Positions 25,124-33,929 of a stretch of 54,161 nucleotides of DNA are shown one piece after another (positions within the stretch are counted from its first letter, which is position 1; each line of letters opens with the position of its first letter). The notes under the pieces were generated by a model. The model was not told the origin of the DNA and did no database searches. It saw only the letters and a program-made list of their open reading frames with translations. Location: NCBI GenBank assembly GCA_046705365.1, contig JBJKQM010000016.1, forward strand, positions 1-54,161, given 5' to 3'. The stretch comes from Thermoplasmataceae archaeon. Its GTDB lineage: Archaea; Thermoplasmatota; Thermoplasmata; Thermoplasmatales; Thermoplasmataceae. The translations under genes were made by a program, and so were the position numbers.

Positions 25124-26185
25124 TTGATCCTTGAAGAAGGACTTTCCAGCATAGAATTACCTGATTATGAAATAGACAAGGGCCCCGGGACCAAGAGGGC
25201 GGGTTTTTACAATACTCAGCAGGTCCTCAACCGTGATATAACGATTCTTTTGCTTAATGCCCTCAAACCTGCTACATATCTGGACGGGTTTGGCGGATCA
25301 GGGATCAGAGGCATAAGAGTTGCACTTGAAACAAATACAAGTGCGGTTATTTCCGACATAAACCGGCGTTCCGCAGAAATAATAGAAAACAATGTCAAGA
25401 GGAACGGAGTGGACGTTGAGTTTCTCAATGAGCCTTTCGAATCTGTGGTGTCCAGGAGGTATTTTGATTTTATCGATGTCGACCCATATGGTTCTGTTGT
25501 TCCCTTTATGGACGTCGCTCTAACTCATGTGAAAAACAACGGGTACCTGGGACTGACGGCAACAGACCTCTCAGCTCTGACGGGATCAGTCCCGGCAAAG
25601 ACAAGAAGGCGCTATAACGCTTTTGTGAAAACGGACATGCTCAAACATGAAACTGGTATCAGGCTGTTAATTGCATACGTGGCCCTACGGGCTGCGGCAA
25701 TGGATAAAGCAATAACACCGCTGGTGTCATTCTGGAAATCCCATTATTACCGGATAATTGTAAAAGTAAAACAGGGTTCAGGAATTGCGGACAGGATGCT
25801 TCAGAATATCATGGAAATCAGCAAAGACACGACAGTTTCCAAGATTTATGAACATCAGCCCGAAGGCCCAATATGGACAGGGCGGCTTCATGATGAAGAA
25901 GTGATAAAGTCCGCTATCGGGATAAAAAGCAACAGCATATTGCCGTCTACCTACAGCGTTATTGACTCCCTGAGAAATGAGGATACCCGAATCTTTTTCT
26001 TTGAATTAACTGATTTTGCAAGGCATTTTAAGCGGAGTCTGCCACAGTTATCTGTGTTCATGAACAGGATAGAGAAGGAGAAAAGCACTCCGGCTTACAG
26101 GACACACTTTTCCCCGACCGGTATAAAAACAGCAATTTCAGGAGAGGAATTCATGGATCTTTTTAAAAGAAATTCTGTGCCATAA
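25124..26185 (+). CDS. trm1: tRNA (guanine26-N2)-dimethyltransferase Trm1
   Basis: 353-aa ORF with a TTG start. It contains FYNTQQVLNRDITIL...LDGFGGSGIRGIR...FIDVDPYGS. Confidence 0.8.
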   Translation: MILEEGLSSIELPDYEIDKGPGTKRAGFYNTQQVLNRDITILLLNALKPATYLDGFGGSGIRGIRVALETNTSAVISDINRRSAEIIENNVKRNGVDVEFLNEPFESVVSRRYFDFIDVDPYGSVVPFMDVALTHVKNNGYLGLTATDLSALTGSVPAKTRRRYNAFVKTDMLKHETGIRLLIAYVALRAAAMDKAITPLVSFWKSHYYRIIVKVKQGSGIADRMLQNIMEISKDTTVSKIYEHQPEGPIWTGRLHDEEVIKSAIGIKSNSILPSTYSVIDSLRNEDTRIFFFELTDFARHFKRSLPQLSVFMNRIEKEKSTPAYRTHFSPTGIKTAISGEEFMDLFKRNSVP

Positions 26186-26249
26186 CTGAAGAGAATTGTA
26201 ATACTAGCAATTCGTAAATATAATAACTGTTTGTATTTTCTCGGTTAGA

Positions 26250-27068
26250 ATGAACTCCTGGTTGAGAATAGTCAGGCCAATTAATGGGCTTATGGGGGTA
26301 GTGGCCACCATAATCTCCGGTTTCATAGGCGTTGGGCTTTCTCTTCCTAGCCATATTTATCCTTTAATTGCGGCATCTGTAGCAGTATTCCTTGTAACTT
26401 CAGGTGGCAATATCATCAATGACTATGTTGACGTTGAGACAGACAAAATGAATCATCCGGACAGGCCGCTTGTCACCGGATCTATTTCACGCAGTTCAGC
26501 TAAAACGGTTTTCCTCGCTATGTTTATTGCAGCTGTAATTATTTCCGGAATATTCATCTCCATTGTAGCCCTGGCTGTGGTAATACTTGCAGAGGCTTTC
26601 CTTGGAATATATGAATTCCGCACCAAGAAAATGGGTTTCATCGGCAACGTAATGATAAGTATACTTGTCGGAATGATTTTTGTTTTTGGCGGCATCGCTG
26701 TTGATTCAATAAACAAGATGCTGATTCTTTTTGTTATGGCAGCACTTGCGAACCTCTCGAGAGAAATCATAAAGGATATCGAGGACGTCAAAGGAGATGT
26801 AGACCGAAAGACCCTGCCAAAAAGCATTGGGGTCAAATATGCTGCAGTTGTTGCAGCTGTTTCGGCACTCATCGCGGTTTCATTCTCATATCTCCCATAC
26901 TATCTTGGAATTTTCAAAATATTTTACCTCTTTATAGTGGCGGTTTCCGATGCCCTGTTCATTATTTCAGCCATTACTATAATAAGAAATCCCGGAATCA
27001 GTCAGCAGGTATCGAAGATTGCAATGATAGTTGGGCTCCTGTCTTTCGCCGTTGGAGGAATTATATGA
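26250..27068 (+). CDS. UbiA-family prenyltransferase, probable digeranylgeranylglyceryl phosphate synthase
   Basis: 272-aa polytopic ORF with NDYVDVETDKMNHPDRPL and a second Asp-rich site, KDIEDVKGD. Confidence 0.75.
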   Translation: MNSWLRIVRPINGLMGVVATIISGFIGVGLSLPSHIYPLIAASVAVFLVTSGGNIINDYVDVETDKMNHPDRPLVTGSISRSSAKTVFLAMFIAAVIISGIFISIVALAVVILAEAFLGIYEFRTKKMGFIGNVMISILVGMIFVFGGIAVDSINKMLILFVMAALANLSREIIKDIEDVKGDVDRKTLPKSIGVKYAAVVAAVSALIAVSFSYLPYYLGIFKIFYLFIVAVSDALFIISAITIIRNPGISQQVSKIAMIVGLLSFAVGGII

Positions 27069-27814
27069 ACGTTTACAGCCAGATAAAGAGCATTACAGAA
27101 AAGAGAAAGGTCCACATGACCCTCATAGATCCGGCCAGCCAGAATATCAGAAGATCTACCGAAATTGCGATTGAGGCAGAAAAGGCAGGAACGGATTTCT
27201 TCATGATTGGCGGGTCAACATCCATTGACATGAATGTTATGGATGAAACCATTAAGAGCATCAAGAAAGAGACTAAAACTCCAGTCATAATTTTTCCAGG
27301 TTCCTCATCGATGATCAGCAGGTATGCTGATGCGATATACTTCATGAGCCTTCTCAACTCAAGAAATCCTGATTTTATAATCGGCCATCAGGTCAAGGCA
27401 GCACCGATTTTGAAAAAAATGGGAGTTGAAACTATACCCATGGGTTACCTTGTTTTTGCGCCCGGCATGACTGTTGGCAAAGTTGGCGAAGCTAACCTAA
27501 TTGACAATGGAAATTCGGATATTGCAGTGGCATATGCCCTTGCCGCACAGATGATGGGCATGAAGTTGATCTACCTTGAGGCTGGCAGTGGTTCACCCGA
27601 AACAGTCAATCCCGATATTGTGAAAGCCGTCAGGAAAATTACAGAAGTCCCCCTGATAGTGGGAGGAGGCATAAGGAGCCCCGAAAAAGCCTCATTGATT
27701 GCTTCAGCAGGTGCGGATGTAGTGGTTACAGGCACGATAGTGGAGAAAACCAGTAAGGTGTTGGAAGCTCTGAAACCTATCGTTGAAGCTGTGAAAGAGA
27801 CCCACACATTTTAA
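27065..27814 (+). CDS. Geranylgeranylglyceryl phosphate synthase (PcrB/GGGPS family)
   Basis: 249-aa ORF with FMIGGS, IYLEAGSGSPE and LIVGGGIRSPE. It overlaps the previous gene by 4 nt. Confidence 0.85.
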   Translation: MNVYSQIKSITEKRKVHMTLIDPASQNIRRSTEIAIEAEKAGTDFFMIGGSTSIDMNVMDETIKSIKKETKTPVIIFPGSSSMISRYADAIYFMSLLNSRNPDFIIGHQVKAAPILKKMGVETIPMGYLVFAPGMTVGKVGEANLIDNGNSDIAVAYALAAQMMGMKLIYLEAGSGSPETVNPDIVKAVRKITEVPLIVGGGIRSPEKASLIASAGADVVVTGTIVEKTSKVLEALKPIVEAVKETHTF

Positions 27815-27838
27815 TTTTTGATCTCAATCTGGAAACAC

Positions 27839-28075
27839 ATGGCAAGGATCAGGGTTGAAATAAAATTCCATCCAGGGGTTGAGGATCCGGAAGCCCTTAC
27901 GATTCAGAAAAATCTGAAACTGCTGGGTTATGAGGGTATCAAAAGTGTGAAGACTTCAAAGACATATGAGTTTGAATTTGACGAGAGCAACACTGATCCT
28001 GAAAAGACTGTCAGGGAGATATCGGAAAAACTCCTTGCAAATCCGGTCATTCAGTCTTTTACAATAAAGGAATAA
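27839..28075 (+). CDS. purS: Phosphoribosylformylglycinamidine synthase subunit PurS
   Basis: I prefer ATG 27839 (MARIRVEIKFHPGVEDPEALTIQKNLKLLGY). It lies directly upstream of purL. Confidence 0.8.
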   Translation: MARIRVEIKFHPGVEDPEALTIQKNLKLLGYEGIKSVKTSKTYEFEFDESNTDPEKTVREISEKLLANPVIQSFTIKE

Positions 28076-28078
28076 ACA

Positions 28079-30394
28079 ATGTCAGAAAAAAAAGCGGCTG
28101 GACGTTTTTCAGAAATTATAGATCTTATTAATTCCGACGACAGGACACTTAACGACATCTCCTCTGCTATGTCACTTGGACTGAGCCAGGAAGAATTGTC
28201 AATGCTCAGGAATTATTTCAGGGAACTCGGGCGAAACCCCACAGATGTTGAACTTCAGGCTATGGCACAGGCATGGAGTGAACATTGCTGCTACAAATCC
28301 TCAAAGTTCTACCTTAAAAAGTATTTCTCCGGCCTCAGCAAGGGCAATGCGATGCTTGCAATGGAAGACGATGCAGGCGTTGTCTCCTTTGATGATGATT
28401 ACGCATACGTGGTGAAAATGGAAAGCCACAACCATCCTAGTGCCCTTGAACCTTATGGGGGTGCAGCAACTGGCGTAGGTGGGATCCTGAGGGACATACT
28501 ATGCATGGGGGCACAGCCGGTTGCAGTTTTGGATTCAATATACTTTGGTGATGTCTCTATCAGGAAATGGGAAGAAAAGAGCCTCCACCCGAGATTCATA
28601 CTTAACAATGTTGTGGGAGGAATAAGGGACTATGGCAATAAAGTGGGAATACCCAACGTAGCAGGTTCAGTTGATTTTGATGAATGTTTTAATCATTCCC
28701 CGCTTGTAAACGCAGGTTGTGTTGGAGTTGTCAGAAAGGACAAGATTGTTAGAAGCCTGATTTCAAAGCTTGGTGACCTCTTACTGCTTGTGGGAGGGAG
28801 AACTGGCAGAGACGGAATTCATGGAGTGACATTTGCCTCAGCGGTGCTCAAGGAGGAAAGCAGTGAAAACAAATCAGTTGTTCAGCTGGGAAATCCCATC
28901 ATCAAGGAACCCCTCATTCATGCTGTCCTGGAGGCAAATGACAGGAATCTAATCGATGGAATGAAGGATCTCGGCGGAGGTGGCCTCTCAAGCTCTGTTG
29001 GAGAATTATGCCTTGCAGGAGGTGTATCTTCCGTGGTTAAGCTGGACAAAGTGCTTCTCAAGGAGGAGAACATGAAGCCATGGGAAATCTGGATAAGTGA
29101 AAGCCAGGAGAGGATGCTTCTGGCCATTTCCCCGGACAACCTCGATGCTATTTCTGAAATCTTCAATAACTGGGATATAGAGTTCTCAGTCATAGGGGAA
29201 GTGGTAGAAGGGAACCATCTTATTCTTAAATATGAAGATGAACAGGTGCTGAACCTTGACCTTAATTTCCTCACTTCAGGACCGGTTTACTGCAGGTCAT
29301 ATGAACTTCCAAAGAAGAAAATGCTTGATTATGTCATACCTCCTGAAGATTTTGAACTTAAAGCATTCCTCAAGGAATTCCTTTCAGATCCTTCCAACTG
29401 CTCCAGAATGAACATTACGAGACAGTATGACCACACAGTGAGAGGGGACACTGTGATACGGCCAATGACCGGTTACCCTAACGCAGAAACACATTCAGAC
29501 GCAGCCGTTGTAAAGCCCCTGGAACATTCATCTAAAGGGCTGGCCATCACTGCGGGCTCCAGATATGACATGGTGGCAGTTGATCCAATGGCGGGAACCT
29601 TTGGCACTATGACAGAGGCCTATCTCAACATACTCGTCACAGGAGCTAAACCTTCCTCAGTAGTGGATTGCCTTAACCTTGGTAATCCGGAGGATCCGAA
29701 AATAATGGGTCAACTTGTTCAGATAGTGGAATCGATGTCTGAGTTCTGCCGCAGGCTTGAATTGCCGGTAGTTGCTGGAAATGTAAGCCTTTACAACCAG
29801 TTTTCCGGAAAAAATATAAAACCGGTTCCCAACATAATGATGGTTGGTGCAATGGACGATGTTTCCGGAGCAATAAGCGCCGATTTCAAGTATCCGGGTA
29901 ATCTCATTTACATAATAGGGATGGAATCCTCCAACCTCGGTGGGAGCCAGTTCCTTAAATACAGGAAAATCAAAAGCAACACGGTTCCATGGTTCGACAT
30001 GGATGAGCTCGCAATCATCTCGGAGAAATACCTTGCAGCATCTGGGAAGAACCTGCTGGTTTCCGGCCACGATGTTTCTTCAGGAGGTCTTGTTCAGACC
30101 CTTTTGGAAATGTCATTTGGCTTCAACATTGGCTTTGATGTAGATCTTTCTGACGTTTCAAACGCCAGAACTATGGAGAAAATCTTCGCAGAAGGCGGAG
30201 AACGGATTGTGGTGGAGGTAGCTCCCGAGAAAAAGGAGGAATTTCTCAGCACTTTTGAAGGCGTATCTGTTACTGAAATTGGAAAAACAACCCAGGATGT
30301 AATTCTTATCAGGGACAGGAATATGGACGTGCTAAAGGGAAATGTTGAAGAATTTAAGATTCCATGGGCGCATGGCCTTGACAGATATATATGA
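28079..30394 (+). CDS. purL: Phosphoribosylformylglycinamidine synthase subunit PurL (FGAM synthase II)
   Basis: 771-aa ORF with WSEHCCYKSSK, ESHNHPSALEPYGGAATGVGGILRD and duplicated AIR-synthase-like domains. Confidence 0.9.
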   Translation: MSEKKAAGRFSEIIDLINSDDRTLNDISSAMSLGLSQEELSMLRNYFRELGRNPTDVELQAMAQAWSEHCCYKSSKFYLKKYFSGLSKGNAMLAMEDDAGVVSFDDDYAYVVKMESHNHPSALEPYGGAATGVGGILRDILCMGAQPVAVLDSIYFGDVSIRKWEEKSLHPRFILNNVVGGIRDYGNKVGIPNVAGSVDFDECFNHSPLVNAGCVGVVRKDKIVRSLISKLGDLLLLVGGRTGRDGIHGVTFASAVLKEESSENKSVVQLGNPIIKEPLIHAVLEANDRNLIDGMKDLGGGGLSSSVGELCLAGGVSSVVKLDKVLLKEENMKPWEIWISESQERMLLAISPDNLDAISEIFNNWDIEFSVIGEVVEGNHLILKYEDEQVLNLDLNFLTSGPVYCRSYELPKKKMLDYVIPPEDFELKAFLKEFLSDPSNCSRMNITRQYDHTVRGDTVIRPMTGYPNAETHSDAAVVKPLEHSSKGLAITAGSRYDMVAVDPMAGTFGTMTEAYLNILVTGAKPSSVVDCLNLGNPEDPKIMGQLVQIVESMSEFCRRLELPVVAGNVSLYNQFSGKNIKPVPNIMMVGAMDDVSGAISADFKYPGNLIYIIGMESSNLGGSQFLKYRKIKSNTVPWFDMDELAIISEKYLAASGKNLLVSGHDVSSGGLVQTLLEMSFGFNIGFDVDLSDVSNARTMEKIFAEGGERIVVEVAPEKKEEFLSTFEGVSVTEIGKTTQDVILIRDRNMDVLKGNVEEFKIPWAHGLDRYI

Positions 30395-30420
30395 TGGAAT
30401 AATACGAGGATGTAAAAATA

Positions 30421-30690
30421 ATGGCAGATGACTACTATTCAAAAAGAATTTACATTGAAGAGAAGAATGTAACAGTTGATACCAGCTACAGGCTAAATTT
30501 TGATGCCGAGAGAACTTGCGGATTCACAAGAGTGTTCGTTGGAAAGGTTGAAAATCCTACACCTGATGACGAACTTTACGAGATTTACATGGAACTGCAC
30601 GAATGTGGCCTTACACATGAACAGGTCGAAAAGAAAGCTGAAAAAGTGATTGATGAGATAAAAACAGGGAAACTGGACGTTTCTTTTTAA
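30421..30690 (+). CDS. Hypothetical small acidic protein
   Basis: 89-aa ORF with no motif I recognise. Confidence 0.35.
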   Translation: MADDYYSKRIYIEEKNVTVDTSYRLNFDAERTCGFTRVFVGKVENPTPDDELYEIYMELHECGLTHEQVEKKAEKVIDEIKTGKLDVSF

Positions 30691-31361
30691 TTGAATGGCC
30701 CTGTGACTTCTACTATGACTTCACTGCCATCCTCAATTCCCAGTTTTTCCCTCAGGTATTCTGTTGAGATAATTTCCATCACGTCACTGTAGACTGATCT
30801 TTCTGGGAATATTATCCCACACTCTATTCCGGAAATGTTTCCCAGGAAGATTTTAACTGGACCGTAAGTTCTGTCTTCAGTTGTAAATCCGTCTATGTGT
30901 ATTCCATCCATGCTCCTTAGTTTGCGAAGCGCAAGTTCCGAACCAGGTTTTATTCTAAGATTCAAGGTACCAAGATATGGTATAAACCCGAGTTTCTCCT
31001 GGAACTGGACAATATACCCTTTTCTCGAGATATAATATCGGCCTTCCCCGAGGCCACTTTGAACTGTTCCTTGCAGTTTCATTTTAACCGGTTTTTCCAG
31101 AAGGATGGCAAGATCCGAGTATTCCTTGGCCAGGAGATTCATTCCTTTCTCAGTAATGCTAACTTCCTGTTTTCGCCCGTTCATCTGCCTCTGAATATAT
31201 CCACCGTTCAGCAAATTCAATATGAATCTGGAGGCAGACTGCTGGCTGATACCCATGAATTGCGCCAGCTCTGCAGATGACAGGGAAATAAGGCTCTTTG
31301 AACCGCCTAAGCTCTTTATGGCCTTGAGTGCCCAGTAGTTGTTATCAAATGTATCTCCCAT
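30687..31361 (-). CDS. ribK: wHTH-fused CTP-dependent riboflavin kinase (archaeal RibK)
   Basis: 224-aa ORF with an N-terminal winged helix (LAQFMGISQQSASRFILNLLNGGYIQRQ). The C-terminal region has an MJ0056-like beta-barrel pattern (GTVQSGLGEGRYYIS...YLGTLNLRI). Confidence 0.7.
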   Translation of the reverse strand: MGDTFDNNYWALKAIKSLGGSKSLISLSSAELAQFMGISQQSASRFILNLLNGGYIQRQMNGRKQEVSITEKGMNLLAKEYSDLAILLEKPVKMKLQGTVQSGLGEGRYYISRKGYIVQFQEKLGFIPYLGTLNLRIKPGSELALRKLRSMDGIHIDGFTTEDRTYGPVKIFLGNISGIECGIIFPERSVYSDVMEIISTEYLREKLGIEDGSEVIVEVTGPFN

Positions 31362-31443
31362 TAGCCCTCAACTTTTGGTAGAATAGTTCCCCCGCTAATA
31401 TTATTTTGCGGAAAGCGGTATTTGTGAGGAATTTACGCCCCTT

Positions 31444-31815
31444 TCAGGTAAAATCAATTACTCTGGCTCTTTTGAAAGAAAGGGTCCTGATGCCGGATCG
31501 CTTTGCCCTTGAAATAAGCTCACGATCATTGGTGAGTATGAAGAACCTATTTTTCGATGCAAGGTTGAGAATGCAGTCATCTGCGGGTCCATCGCCCTCA
31601 ACGGCAGGGAAACTGCCTGCAAGAGTCAGTGCACCTCTAGCATATCTAACATCCTTTGACATTTTTTCAAGTTCCTTCAGAACACAGGTGGGAACAACAA
31701 CACCAGAAACTTCCGGAATATTTTGAAGAAGAACCCTGAGATCCGCTTTATGCTCAAGGGAATAAATAAGAGAATTTGTGTCCAGAATAACTTTTGAAGC
31801 TATTCCTGAAGGCAT
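31444..31815 (-). CDS. PIN-domain protein, Fcf1/Utp24-like
   Basis: 123-aa ORF with VILDTNSLIY ... VPTCVLKELEKM ... ADDCILNLA ... ILTNDRELISRAK. Its ATG shares one nt with the aIF2-beta stop (TGATG). Confidence 0.7.
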   Translation of the reverse strand: MPSGIASKVILDTNSLIYSLEHKADLRVLLQNIPEVSGVVVPTCVLKELEKMSKDVRYARGALTLAGSFPAVEGDGPADDCILNLASKNRFFILTNDRELISRAKRSGIRTLSFKRARVIDFT

Positions 31816-32441
31816 CAGTTTTTCTCTCTGTCAACTACCTCAGCAATCGCGGTGTTGTTCCTTATTTTCTTGATTAGGACCTTTACTGTATCACCCTTCT
31901 TTACTCCTGGAACAAATATGTTGAAACCGCGGTAAAAGGCGCGTCCTTCTCCAGAATTTCCAATCTTGCTGATTTCCACAGTGTAAGATTTGCCTTCTTC
32001 TATTGTGGTATCGTCTGTCTTTACCTCCGAAGCTATTCTGATGGGATGTTGGGCTCCACAGGCTTTACAGGCAAGTACATATGTTCTACCGATTTTCTGG
32101 ATTTCTGTATCTGGAGAGTTACATTCATAACAGACAACATAGGACTCCATGTACTGCCTGATCTTGGCAGAAATCTGGTCCGCAGATATCTTTCTGTTAA
32201 TTGTAAGCCTTCTTCCATTTATTGTTACTCCAATTCCAAACTCAGTCATGAGGAATTTTGAGATGTGCTTTGGGTCCCTGTTAATCAGTTCAACAATGTC
32301 CTGAAAATTTCTGACAATTGTTACCTTACCTTCCTGGATAATATCGGGTTCTGGAATCTGAAGCCTCTGTTGACTTACAGTTGATTTTGAAAGAATGTCT
32401 TCAGTTTTCTTCAATAAGCTCTCGTAATCGCTAACGTCCAT
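31815..32441 (-). CDS. eif2b: Translation initiation factor aIF2 beta subunit with C-terminal TRAM-like domain
   Basis: 208-aa ORF with the aIF2-beta core (VTIVRNFQDIVELINRDPKHISKFL...VVCYECNSPDT...LACKACGA). A tail of about 60 aa follows (GKSYTVEISKIGNSGEGRAFYRGFNIFVPGVKKGDTVKVLIKKI). Confidence 0.85.
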   Translation of the reverse strand: MDVSDYESLLKKTEDILSKSTVSQQRLQIPEPDIIQEGKVTIVRNFQDIVELINRDPKHISKFLMTEFGIGVTINGRRLTINRKISADQISAKIRQYMESYVVCYECNSPDTEIQKIGRTYVLACKACGAQHPIRIASEVKTDDTTIEEGKSYTVEISKIGNSGEGRAFYRGFNIFVPGVKKGDTVKVLIKKIRNNTAIAEVVDREKN

Positions 32442-32694
32442 GAAATGTAATTGAGATCACTCATATAATCTTGTCAATAACAACACTTCAAAGGAATGAA
32501 TTTATTGATTGCATGTTATAAATACATACATAGTCTTACCATAATTATTATGTTTGAAACCCTACTAATTATTAAGTAACATAAAATCCCCTATTTTAAA
32601 GGATTACAAAAGCTATACAGTTTGATACAACAGACATACATTTCGCATCAAATGTACGTACAAATAATAACATTTAAATACTTACAACAGTATT

Positions 32695-33138
32695 TTGGTT
32701 AGAAGTCTCTTGAGTGTTGATAACAAAGATACCAAACTAACTCTGCGAATATCTGAAGAAGATCTTTCAGAGATAGATGAATTTCTTAACACCAACCCAA
32801 GATTCGGCAGTCGCTCTGAATTCATTAGACACTCAGTTCTGGATTATATTTCCAGAACTCGTATTGGCATACTTGATTCCAGTGACACTGGGATCAAGCT
32901 CAGTAAGAACATGGACAAAATGATCTCTATGGTCGTTCAGAAAGGCTTTTTCAAGACTAAGGACGAAGTCATTGAGGAGCTGCTGGAGAACGCTGTTAAA
33001 ACAGGAGAGCTCCATAACATTATAGAGGAAAAGATGCAAAGCTTCACCTCCATAATGAATGATCTTGAAAAATTCGATGAACTCACTGACAGATTCAGTG
33101 AGAATACAAGTAAGAATGGGAAATTGAAAAAAGTTTAA
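32695..33138 (+). CDS. Ribbon-helix-helix (CopG/CdrS-CdrL-like) DNA-binding protein
   Basis: 147-aa ORF with a TTG start (uncertain). KLTLRISEEDLSEIDEFL...GSRSEFIRHSVLDYI is an RHH pattern, and the C-terminal half is helical. Confidence 0.6.
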   Translation: MVRSLLSVDNKDTKLTLRISEEDLSEIDEFLNTNPRFGSRSEFIRHSVLDYISRTRIGILDSSDTGIKLSKNMDKMISMVVQKGFFKTKDEVIEELLENAVKTGELHNIIEEKMQSFTSIMNDLEKFDELTDRFSENTSKNGKLKKV

Positions 33139-33151
33139 GGTAGGTGCAAAA

Positions 33152-33928
33152 GTGGAAACGATTGGAACAAATTATATGGAAAGTGTCGTGAAAGGGCTGA
33201 TCAGAAAGTACTACCAGGAGAGGATGGACAATGTTGTCCTCGCTTTTGGCAAGGCCGGAGACAGAGTGGTTAGAAATATCAAACCACTTCAGATAAGGAG
33301 AACCGCATACCGATCAATTCAGGCCAAGGAGGAAAGGGCATTCACAATGGCTTCCCCTTCACCTGAGACAACTGAGATAGAGATATCTGAACCAGACCCT
33401 ATGAAAGTGACACTTCTTTCCAGGGAAGAGTATGAGTACAGGAAAACCCTGAACCAGTTTGACCAATGGGATGAATCACTGGAGACCGCATCTATATCCA
33501 CAACTTACTTCGGTGCAGATGGAGACTTTGAATCATTGTCTAAAGAACTCCTTAATGACATAGACAAATCCAATTCCTATGTCCTGGTTAGCGGTTTTGG
33601 GGGAACCTTTGCACAAAAAATGCATGTAAACTTTTCCAAGCTTCTCACAAAGAGGAAAATAGCACATGTGAACGTTATCATAAAACCATCAAAGGAAGAC
33701 CTGAAGAGGAGAAAACTTGCGGAAAGTGGAATAAAGGAAATTGAGGCCACAGGTGCAAGCGTAATAGTCTACGACAACCAGAAGCTGGTTGATAAACAGA
33801 AAGCTTACATTAGAGACAAATCAAAAGTCATAAGAAAAATAAATGTGGATATTGCCAGGCATGTGGAAGTCCTTTCAACAAGGCTTTCCAATGCATCTGA
33901 ACTTATAAAATATCAACTTTCTGCATAA
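33152..33928 (+). CDS. Truncated, degenerate FtsZ/tubulin-like protein (N-terminal GTPase-fold only)
   Basis: 258-aa ORF with a GTG start preceded by AAGGTAGGTG. VLVSGFGGTFAQK...VNVIIKPSKEDLKRRKLAESGIKEIEATGASVIVYDNQKL parallels the remembered FtsZ segment [12 protein letters not shown]...[41 protein letters not shown], with the same spacing. Confidence 0.5.
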   Translation: METIGTNYMESVVKGLIRKYYQERMDNVVLAFGKAGDRVVRNIKPLQIRRTAYRSIQAKEERAFTMASPSPETTEIEISEPDPMKVTLLSREEYEYRKTLNQFDQWDESLETASISTTYFGADGDFESLSKELLNDIDKSNSYVLVSGFGGTFAQKMHVNFSKLLTKRKIAHVNVIIKPSKEDLKRRKLAESGIKEIEATGASVIVYDNQKLVDKQKAYIRDKSKVIRKINVDIARHVEVLSTRLSNASELIKYQLSA

Positions 33929-33929
33929 A

